Positions 19,248 through 26,049 of a stretch of DNA of 64,000 bases are shown here, one piece after another. The notes beneath the pieces are model-generated. The model was not told where the DNA came from, did no database searches, and saw only the letters and a program-made list of their open reading frames with translations. Source of the stretch: a virus. The stretch lies in the IMG/VR virus record IMGVR_UViG_3300043436_003324; one strand, written 5' to 3'. Position numbers and translations under genes: made by a program. Every line of letters begins with the position of its first letter. Position 1 is the first letter of the stretch.

Positions 19248-19490
19248 ATGGAAAAGTTGATGAAAAATAAAGAAGGAGAATACCTATACGTTTTTGATAT
19301 AATTCAAAACGGTAAAGTTGCAGGGTCAAATATTTTGTGGAGTAAGAACTTCATCCAAGTAATGGCGAGTGCAAAAAAAAGATTTGGTAATGTGGATAAT
19401 GAGTCTTTTAAAAGATTAACCAAAGATGAGTACGCAACTATGATCGAGGATCAAAAAACAAAAAAACTTGATAAAAAAAGAAAGTGGTGA
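19248..19490 (+). CDS. small hypothetical protein
   Basis: basic ORF of about 80 aa after tRNA-Leu. Confidence 0.45.
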   Translation: MEKLMKNKEGEYLYVFDIIQNGKVAGSNILWSKNFIQVMASAKKRFGNVDNESFKRLTKDEYATMIEDQKTKKLDKKRKW

Positions 19491-19577
19491 TTTAAATCGT
19501 ATATTGAATATTTATTAATAAAACTTGACACTTTTAAAAAGTATCATATATTTATAACAAAACAAATAAAAACGCAA

Positions 19578-19652
19578 ATGAAAAATTTACATATCATATT
19601 ATTAGGCGGATTGGCGATAGCTGAGGATACTACCTATAAGGAGATGGTATGA
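19578..19652 (+). CDS. putative attenuator leader peptide 2 (24 aa)
   Basis: MKNLHIILLGGLAIAEDTTYKEMV, double stop TGA TAA; GGAGATGG (19640-19647) is complementary to the terminator arm CCATCTCC (19682-19689). Confidence 0.75.
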   Translation: MKNLHIILLGGLAIAEDTTYKEMV

Positions 19653-19676
19653 TAATTTAACACATAATAAATTTTG

Positions 19677-19710
19677 AAAACCCATCTCCAAAAGAGGTGG
19701 GTTTTTTTGT
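19677..19710 (+). terminator. intrinsic terminator (attenuator) before tRNA block 2
   Basis: AAAACCCATCTC-CAAAA-GAGGTGGGTTTT followed by a T run. Confidence 0.85.
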
Positions 19711-19755
19711 TCTTTGAAATTTTGGAAATTAAAAAATAAACAGTATCTTTGTTTT

Positions 19756-20046
19756 ATGATAACATTTGATGATATAGAGTTTAAACCACATGGTATTGGT
19801 AATGGGGTTCACGGATTACTGTTTTTTCCTGGAGGATACGGAATCTCGGTTGTAAGATTTAAATCTCCTTTTGGTGGGGGTGGATCATATACTTCAGATG
19901 ATGATGATTATGAGGTCGCCGTTATTAAAGGAACAAAAGATGATTGGGAAATTTCTTATGACACAAAAATAACTAATGATGTTTTGGGTTATCAAACTAA
20001 AGAGGATATAAATAAATTAATTACTCAAATTTTAAGATACTGTTAA
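19756..20046 (+). CDS. conserved hypothetical phage protein
   Basis: start ATG 19756 after a TATCTTTG promoter; F..GYGISVV...YEVAVI pattern. Confidence 0.55.
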   Translation: MITFDDIEFKPHGIGNGVHGLLFFPGGYGISVVRFKSPFGGGGSYTSDDDDYEVAVIKGTKDDWEISYDTKITNDVLGYQTKEDINKLITQILRYC

Positions 20047-20047
20047 A

Positions 20048-20212
20048 ATGAAAACAAAGGAAAAAAATATCGTACATAAGATGATCTTGGGTAGTCAAAG
20101 AGTTGCTCAAAAAGAACAAGGTTTTTTTGATGGTAGATTTGTTACTAGATCTATGGATTTAAAAAATAATTACACAAGGAAAGAAAAACACAAAAAAAGT
20201 TTGGTAGATTAG
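20048..20212 (+). CDS. 54-aa basic peptide, ArfA-like
   Basis: ...GRFVTRSMDLKNNYTRKEKHKK resembles the ArfA FRQR...SYxRKxKH motif; absent from the ORF track. Confidence 0.4.
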   Translation: MKTKEKNIVHKMILGSQRVAQKEQGFFDGRFVTRSMDLKNNYTRKEKHKKSLVD

Positions 20213-20313
20213 AAAAAACCTTGTATATTTGTAAGACAAACAACGGGGGTAGGAAGTGAGAGGTTGGTGTCCTACTCCCGTGAAGACAGAAGAAGTTCAT
20301 TGAGATAAAAATA

Positions 20314-20398
20314 TAGTGGTTGTAAGAAACGGGAAACTTGTAAAGTACATTAACCTGTTGGCTCAAGATGGTGAAACAAGAGTGTGAGTCAACTACTA
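20314..20398 (+). ncRNA. unassigned structured RNA
   Basis: TAGTGGTTG/CAACTACTA closing stem; follows a promoter, a hairpin and a boxA-like site. Confidence 0.35.
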
Positions 20399-20411
20399 AC
20401 TACATAAATTT

Positions 20412-20484
20412 GTTAGGTGGGCGTAATGAGGGACGGTGCCCGAATCCTATAGGTTGCTTATCCGGTTCGAGTCCGGCCCTGACA
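20412..20484 (+). ncRNA. tRNA-like RNA without a canonical anticodon arm
   Basis: acceptor-like stem and T-arm CCGG-TTCGAGT-CCGG; GAATCC..GGTTGCT core shared with 22463-22545. Confidence 0.55.
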
Positions 20485-20497
20485 AAAAAATTTTAAA

Positions 20498-20621
20498 TAG
20501 GTAAGTGGCGGAATTGGTAGACGCTTAGGTTTATTCCCCGTAAGAAGTCACCGAGATATAGCTGGGGATGTCTCTTGAAAAGGGAACTATATCGTACAGG
20601 TTCGAATCCTGTTTTACCTAC
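20498..20621 (+). ncRNA. Leu-type tRNA-like RNA with about 70 nt between the D- and T-arms
   Basis: TAGGTAA/TTACCTA acceptor, GTGGCGGAATTGGTAGACGC D-arm, ACAGG-TTCGAAT-CCTGT T-arm; no normal anticodon arm. Confidence 0.55.
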
Positions 20622-20703
20622 ATATCGCGGGAGATAAAGTTGATTTCTCTAAAAAAAGTTTGTAGTGATAGGTATTTTTGAGTTTTAATATATATTTATA
20701 TAT

Positions 20704-21297
20704 ATGGAAAAACTTAACAAATATCAGAAAGGGGCACAAACAACAAAGAAAATTTTACAAGAGCGTTCTTTGAAAAATTATTATGATAACCCAAAGATTT
20801 GTAAAAATTGTGGTAAAATAATTGAGGTTAAAGAAAGTGAAAAACCAAGACACGTAAGAAAAAAAACTTTTTGTAATAGTTCTTGTTCTGCGACTTATAA
20901 CAATAAAGTTAGAGAACTGAAAAGAGAAAAAAAAGTAGTTGAAGGTATTAAAAAAGAAAAAAAAGAAAAGTTTGAATTTTTGTTAGATATGACAAAAAAA
21001 GAACTATATGAAAAACACGGAGTTTATTATAAATTTAGGGCTGTAGTTAGAAAACACGCACATTATGTTTTTAATAAACACACAACAAAAAAAGAATGTT
21101 TAATATGTGGATATTCTAATCATGTTGAGGTTTGTCATATAAACTCAGTTTCGTCTTTTGGTGGTGATGAATTAATAAGAAACATAAACTCAATTGATAA
21201 TTTAATCGGTTTATGTCCTAATCATCATTGGGAGTTTGATAACGGAAAAATAGATATATCGCGTGAAGGTGTAATTGGTTGCATGGGACGCTCATAA
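20704..21297 (+). CDS. HNH homing endonuclease with N-terminal Zn-finger
   Basis: CKNCGK...FCNSSC; CLICGY..HVEVCHI...NLIGLCPNHHWEFD; 3' end runs into a tRNA. Confidence 0.85.
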   Translation: MEKLNKYQKGAQTTKKILQERSLKNYYDNPKICKNCGKIIEVKESEKPRHVRKKTFCNSSCSATYNNKVRELKREKKVVEGIKKEKKEKFEFLLDMTKKELYEKHGVYYKFRAVVRKHAHYVFNKHTTKKECLICGYSNHVEVCHINSVSSFGGDELIRNINSIDNLIGLCPNHHWEFDNGKIDISREGVIGCMGRS

Positions 21298-21331
21298 CGT
21301 CTACGGGGTGGTTCAAATCCACGACACGCTA
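21260..21331 (+). tRNA. tRNA-Met(CAU), initiator-like acceptor (C1.U72)
   Basis: GGACG-CTCATAA-CGTCT; CGCG 5' end; lacks the three G-C anticodon-stem pairs of a typical fMet. Confidence 0.7.
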
Positions 21332-21409
21332 CTATAGCAAACCAAGCTTTACTACGATACGGGTAATACCTGTGGGTTAGGGGTGACGGTCAGGAGAGAC
21401 TGACGATTA

Positions 21410-21492
21410 TGCTGACGTACCAGTGGACGCTTATATCGTCTATGACTGTAGTGGTAAGTTTAAAACGTTGGTTCGAATCCAACCGTCAGTAC
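21410..21492 (+). ncRNA. tRNA-like RNA, non-canonical topology
   Basis: 8-bp TGCTGACG/CGTCAGTA stem, GTTGG-TTCGAAT-CCAAC T-arm, nested hairpin GGACG-CTTATAT-CGTCT. Confidence 0.5.
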
Positions 21493-21497
21493 AATAA

Positions 21498-21569
21498 GCG
21501 GGTATCGTATAATGGTTATTACTCCACACTTCCAATGTGGAGATGAGTGTTCGATTCATTCTACCCGCA
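21498..21569 (+). tRNA. tRNA-Gly(UCC)
   Basis: GCGGG 5' end; CCACA-CTTCCAA-TGTGG. Confidence 0.9.
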
Positions 21570-21574
21570 CAAAT

Positions 21575-21647
21575 GGGCCTGATGCCGACGGCAGGTCGAC
21601 TGATTTGCAATCAGATCGTATGGGTTCGATTCCCACAGTGTCCACCA
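21575..21647 (+). tRNA. tRNA-Ala(UGC)
   Basis: CTGA-TTTGCAA-TCAG; G3.U70; encoded CCA. Confidence 0.8.
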
Positions 21648-21878
21648 AATAAACAATTAATACAAATGAATGATGAGAGAAGTTTTATCAGGAACCTCAG
21701 AGTCATCGAAAGTTAAAATGGGTAAAATTAACACGAATACTGACTGGTTGAAGAAACTGAAAAAAACGCTTAATAGAACGAAGTACAAGTTTAGAGTGGG
21801 GAGCGGGTCCCACAAAAAAATTTAAAAAAAGATTTGGTAGATTGAAACAGTTTACATATCTTTGTAATAAAACAAAAT

Positions 21879-21950
21879 GGTCCCATCGACTATCGGTTAG
21901 GTCGCCAGGTTTTCATCCTGGAAAGTCGGGTTCGACTCCCGGTGGGACTA
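21879..21950 (+). tRNA. tRNA-Glu(UUC)
   Basis: CCAGG-TTTTCAT-CCTGG. Confidence 0.9.
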
Positions 21951-22010
21951 CAATGAAATGAACAACATAGCACACAAGTTGTACCTCTACGGTTTTAAAG
22001 TGTGTTTATT

Positions 22011-22086
22011 GGAGATTAGGTCAAATGGTTAAGATGTCGCCCTGTCACGGCGTTCGGAGCGGGTTCGACTCCCGTAATCTCCGCCA
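22011..22086 (+). tRNA. tRNA-Asp(GUC)
   Basis: CGCC-CTGTCAC-GGCG; G73; encoded CCA. Confidence 0.9.
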
Positions 22087-22094
22087 AAAAAAAT

Positions 22095-22181
22095 AGTCAG
22101 GTGGCGGAATTGGATAGACGTAGCCCCATCAGTGGGTAGTGGTGAAAGAAACACATACAGGTTCAAATCCTGTCCTGACTA
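22095..22181 (+). ncRNA. Leu-type tRNA-like RNA with an aberrant anticodon arm
   Basis: AGTCAGG/CCTGACT acceptor, Leu-like D-arm and T-arm; anticodon arm GCCC-CATCAGT-GGGT lacks U33. Confidence 0.55.
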
Positions 22182-22271
22182 CTAAAAAATAAAAATTATG
22201 ACACCAATATTATTTGTATTATTTGTTTTGTTTATCTTTATGGTAAGAAAGAGAAAATAACTCTTTAAAAT

Positions 22272-22358
22272 GCTCGGATGGTGGAATTGGTAGACACGAC
22301 AGGTTTAAGCTCTGTTGACCAGTGGGTTGTGAGGGTTCGAGTCCCTCTTCGAGTACCA
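22272..22358 (+). tRNA. tRNA-Leu(UAA)
   Basis: ACAGG-TTTAAGC-TCTGT; variable arm; encoded CCA. Confidence 0.9.
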
Positions 22359-22366
22359 ACGATAAA

Positions 22367-22453
22367 CTTCAGTACCCGTACCGCCAACGTAGGGTTAAAT
22401 TAGATACAATTTCGTGTTACATTTATGTATGTGCGGGGAGTAGAATGCTGAAG
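22367..22453 (+). ncRNA. unassigned structured RNA
   Basis: CTTCAGTA/TGCTGAAG and CCCGTAC/GTGCGGG stems separated by a GAGTAGAA bulge. Confidence 0.5.
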
Positions 22454-22462
22454 AGTCGGGTT

Positions 22463-22545
22463 TGTCAGGAGTGTAAAGAAGTGTGGTACTGAATCCATCT
22501 GTTAAAGATGGTTGCTCATTGTGGGTTCGAATCCCACCCTGACAT
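22463..22545 (+). ncRNA. tRNA-like RNA, same family as 20412-20484
   Basis: TGTCAGG/CCTGACA, GTGGG-TTCGAAT-CCCAC, GAATCC-hairpin-GGTTGCT core. Confidence 0.55.
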
Positions 22546-22549
22546 CAAA

Positions 22550-22624
22550 GGTCCTATAGCTCAGTTGGTTAGTAGCACTTGACTCATAATCAAGGGGTCG
22601 CAGGTTCGAGTCCTGCTGGGACCA
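22550..22624 (+). tRNA. tRNA-Ile2(CAU, lysidine type) or Met
   Basis: GGTCCT 5' end, CTTGA-CTCATAA-TCAAG, A73; resembles bacterial Ile2. Confidence 0.8.
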
Positions 22625-22694
22625 CAAAAACACTATTTTCTTTTTAAAATAGTATTAATATATTTTTAAAAAAGGGGAGGAATACCCCAAAATT

Positions 22695-22766
22695 GGCTCC
22701 ATAGTTAAATGGATATAACGAATCTCTTCTAAAGATTAGTTCCTAGTTCGATTCTAGGTGGGGCTA
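22695..22766 (+). tRNA. tRNA-Arg(UCU), second copy
   Basis: AATCT-CTTCTAA-AGATT. Confidence 0.85.
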
Positions 22767-22839
22767 CATTTTTTTTAAAAAAATTTTGTACATCTCAGAA
22801 ATTCCCTTATCTTTGTTTAAACCAAAAAACATTAAGGAT

Positions 22840-23589
22840 ATGACGACAGACATCACAACTCAGGTAAAAAACTACAACGGTAAAAATTCTTTCATCTTGA
22901 AAATGAAGGACGCAGTCTCTAAATACGGTTCTTTGACAGTTAACCAAAGATCTGCGGTTGAGAAGATTTTCAACAATCCTGTTGAGGCAAAATCAGTTGA
23001 GATGACTGACGATATGAAAAAAATCGCATCTTACGAAGGTCCTAACTCTTTCGTTATTGACCTTAAAAACAAACTTAACCAATACGGTAAACTTTCTGAA
23101 AAACAGATCTCTACTGGTTTGAAACAAATCGATAAAGAGGAGAACAAAACTGTTATCCGTAAAGTTAACGTTCCTGCGATTGGAGACACAATCAAAGTTG
23201 GTCGAAAAATCGGACAACAACTTAAAGAACAATACGGACTTAACTTTAACCCAATCCTTTTGGATATCACTAAAGTTTTGTCTTTCACATCAAAGGCGGT
23301 TAAATTCTCAGGTAAAATGACCGTAAAACGTGGGGATGTTTGTGTGTGTTGTGCTAAGACTCTTACAGACGAGTTCTCAATGTTGACTAAAATGGGTAAG
23401 ACATGTGCTAAACACATGGGGGTTACATACATTACGGATGTGAATCAAGTTGACAAATTCCGTGAAGAATACCTTAAGAAGGTTGAGGAGATCGGTGAGA
23501 TGGAGTTTTGGGTTCCAAATTCACAAATCAAGTCTTGGGAAGGTGACACAAAAGTTCTTCAAAAAATGTCGCACCTTTGGTTTAAATAA
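22840..23589 (+). CDS. DUF6011-like Zn-binding domain protein
   Basis: CVCCAKTLTDEFS...MGKTCAKH; start ATG 22840 after a TATCTTTG promoter; codon usage suggests high expression (AAC, TTC, ATC, CGT). Confidence 0.6.
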   Translation: MTTDITTQVKNYNGKNSFILKMKDAVSKYGSLTVNQRSAVEKIFNNPVEAKSVEMTDDMKKIASYEGPNSFVIDLKNKLNQYGKLSEKQISTGLKQIDKEENKTVIRKVNVPAIGDTIKVGRKIGQQLKEQYGLNFNPILLDITKVLSFTSKAVKFSGKMTVKRGDVCVCCAKTLTDEFSMLTKMGKTCAKHMGVTYITDVNQVDKFREEYLKKVEEIGEMEFWVPNSQIKSWEGDTKVLQKMSHLWFK

Positions 23590-23788
23590 AAAGAACGTGG
23601 GGTTTGTTCATTATGGGACAGACCCCGCTCATTTGGTATAGTTTTGGGTATTTTATTTATTATTTATTAAAAAAACGTTATGGAAATTATTATTGGAATT
23701 TCAATCCCTTTTATTTTAGCAGGAATTGTTTTATTGTCTTATATGATATATAACAAAAAATAAAAAAGGGACCTAAGTCCCTTCAATT

Positions 23789-24382
23789 TTATTTAATATC
23801 TGTTGATTTAATTAATGTGTAACTAAATGAGTTACCATGTATTTCTTTGGCTTTTCTACAAATCTTCATGAACTCCTCAAAATCCGCAGATTTTTTAAAT
23901 ACTTGACAACCTTCAGACCAATTCTCAACATATGTTGAATCGGCACCTGCTTTATGAATGTTAATACCATAAACACCTTCAGTAATTTTCTTCTCATCAT
24001 AAATTAGATCTTTATTAGCATCACGATAAACCTTAACGTTTTTCGCTTGACCTAAAGCTTCATATTTACCTTGATGTAGTCTAATTGTGTGAGACCCTCT
24101 GTACTGACCTTCAACCAATCTCGCAACACCATCTTTATTATGGTATTCCATAACACCTTTTTTACCTGGATCTGTAGTTGCTGGCCAAATATGGAATTTC
24201 CATTGACCGTCTACTTTATAGGATAATGTTAAATAATCATCAAAAACATTAGTAACTTTTTGTCCTGTACTCGCATTTCTGATACCAATGATATTCACGT
24301 CATAACCTTTATTGTTTGTGTCCTCAAACCAAACGTAACCTTTGGATTTTACGGCTCCTTCAACCTGTTCTTTTGTGTACAT
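23789..24382 (-). CDS. L,D-transpeptidase (YkuD)-like peptidoglycan enzyme, putative lysin
   Basis: GINIHKAG...NWSEGCQV (His...S-x-G-C catalytic pattern). Confidence 0.7.
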   Translation of the reverse strand: MYTKEQVEGAVKSKGYVWFEDTNNKGYDVNIIGIRNASTGQKVTNVFDDYLTLSYKVDGQWKFHIWPATTDPGKKGVMEYHNKDGVARLVEGQYRGSHTIRLHQGKYEALGQAKNVKVYRDANKDLIYDEKKITEGVYGINIHKAGADSTYVENWSEGCQVFKKSADFEEFMKICRKAKEIHGNSFSYTLIKSTDIK

Positions 24383-24450
24383 AATTTATAATTTTATTTA
24401 TAAATATTATTATTTTTAGAAAGTAAAGAGTTTGTTGATATTTATTTGAT

Positions 24451-26049
24451 ATGACAAACTCACGTAAAATACTTTTATATTCATCAATATCTTTGATGAT
24501 TATATTCCTTTTAACTAAAACATTAATTTTATTAAATTTGGTTATCCCTAGTGACATTACAAGGATTATCGAAATGTTTTGTTTTTTAACATTTTCACCT
24601 GTATTTTATTTTTTAATGAAATCTCAAACTGTTGACTTAAAAGGTAATCTAATAAAACAAATTAAAGATAGTGAGGAATTTATTAATGCTGCGGCTATTG
24701 TTTCCGTTGCTGATAAGTACGGTAAGATTACGTACGTTAATAAAAAATTTGAGGGGGTTTCAGGATGGTCTTTAGAGGAGGTTAAAGGTAAGGACCATAT
24801 TGTTGTTAACTCTGGATTACAACCTGATGGATATTGGGGTAAGATGTATGAAACCGTAATGAAAGGTGAGATATGGAATGACGTTGTAACCAATAAAGGA
24901 AAGTCAGGAGAGTTATACTATGTTGATACATACATCAAAGCGAATTTTGATAAGTATGGTAAATTAGAAGGGTTTTCATCAATTAGACAAGATGTCACAG
25001 AACTTAAAAGAAAAGAAGTTGAGATCCGTAATAGAATGAATGCGATAAATAAATCTAATGCGGTTATTGAGTTTGATTTACAAGGGAACATTATTTTTGT
25101 TAATGAATTGTTTTTAAATACTATGGGTTATTCTTCACCGGATGAAATAATTGGAAAACACCACAGAATTTTTATAGATGAAGATCATTTAAAAAGTGAG
25201 GAGTATTCTCTTTTTTGGAAAAAATTAAACGATGGGGTGTTATTTACAGGTGAAATTACTAGAGTTAAAAAAGATGGTTCTTTAGTATATCTACAAGCAA
25301 CATACAATCCAGTTATTGGTTTAGATGGTAAGGTTTATCGTGTTATGAAAATTGCAACAGATGTTACCAATTCCTATGAACAAAAGAAAGAGATTGAAAA
25401 GAAAAATACCTATTTAGAACACGCAGCAAAGATATTAAGACACGATATGCATTCAGGTATTAATACATATATGCCAAGAGGATTAAGTTCTTTAGAACGA
25501 AGATTAAGTCCTGAAGACATTAAATCATTAAAAATTGAATCCCCCATTAAAATGATTAAAGAAGGGTTAAAACATACACAAAAAGTATATAAAGGTGTTT
25601 ATGAGTTTACCAACTTAGTTAAAAAAGACGTTGTTTTAAATAAAGATGAATGTAATCTAAAAAGTATACTTGAAGATTATCTATCATCTACCGCATATAT
25701 TAGTCAAGTTATTATTGACGAGTTACCAACTATTAAAGTAAATGAAGCACTATTTTGTACTGCGGTTGACAATTTAATTAGAAATGGGTTGAAGTATAAT
25801 GATTCTGATACCAAATTCGTTAAAATAACTTCAGATGAAAAATATGTATACATACAAGATAATGGTAGAGGAATCACACAAGAAGATTTTGATCACCTAT
25901 CAAAACCTTATATAAGAAAAGAAGGACAAAAAGAATCTGGTACAGGGTTAGGATTAAATATTTGTGTTGCAATATTAGAAGAACACGGATTTGATATAAC
26001 CTGTGAAAAAAATGAAATAGGAACTAAAATGAAAATTAAATTTAAATGA
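24451..26049 (+). CDS. membrane-anchored PAS-PAS sensor histidine kinase
   Basis: 2 N-terminal TMs; PAS1 ITYVNKKF..VSGWSLEEVKG; PAS2 VIEFDLQG..YLQATYNPV; H-box RHDMHSG; N-box LIRNGLKYN; G1 DNGRG; G2 GTGLGL. Confidence 0.9.
   Translation: MTNSRKILLYSSISLMIIFLLTKTLILLNLVIPSDITRIIEMFCFLTFSPVFYFLMKSQTVDLKGNLIKQIKDSEEFINAAAIVSVADKYGKITYVNKKFEGVSGWSLEEVKGKDHIVVNSGLQPDGYWGKMYETVMKGEIWNDVVTNKGKSGELYYVDTYIKANFDKYGKLEGFSSIRQDVTELKRKEVEIRNRMNAINKSNAVIEFDLQGNIIFVNELFLNTMGYSSPDEIIGKHHRIFIDEDHLKSEEYSLFWKKLNDGVLFTGEITRVKKDGSLVYLQATYNPVIGLDGKVYRVMKIATDVTNSYEQKKEIEKKNTYLEHAAKILRHDMHSGINTYMPRGLSSLERRLSPEDIKSLKIESPIKMIKEGLKHTQKVYKGVYEFTNLVKKDVVLNKDECNLKSILEDYLSSTAYISQVIIDELPTIKVNEALFCTAVDNLIRNGLKYNDSDTKFVKITSDEKYVYIQDNGRGITQEDFDHLSKPYIRKEGQKESGTGLGLNICVAILEEHGFDITCEKNEIGTKMKIKFK

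Noticed and set aside
20498-20621. Group I intron in tRNA-Leu
   Set aside because: The insert is far too short and lacks recognisable P/Q/R/S core elements.
22463-22545. Ochre suppressor tRNA (UUA in the loop) and stop-codon recoding
   Set aside because: There is no U33 or D-arm, and the paralogue lacks this loop. Known genes are intact under the standard code and end at TAA, TGA or TAG.
22786-22839. Upstream start extensions in the track (22786, 32060, 10671, 17949, 19714, 45502, 61732)
   Set aside because: They run over promoter motifs or the previous gene; downstream ATGs with A-rich leaders fit better.
23598-23629. GGGGTTTGTTC/GGACAGACCCC hairpin as a novel RNA
   Set aside because: It sits right after a stop codon and is most simply a terminator or mRNA-stabilising hairpin.
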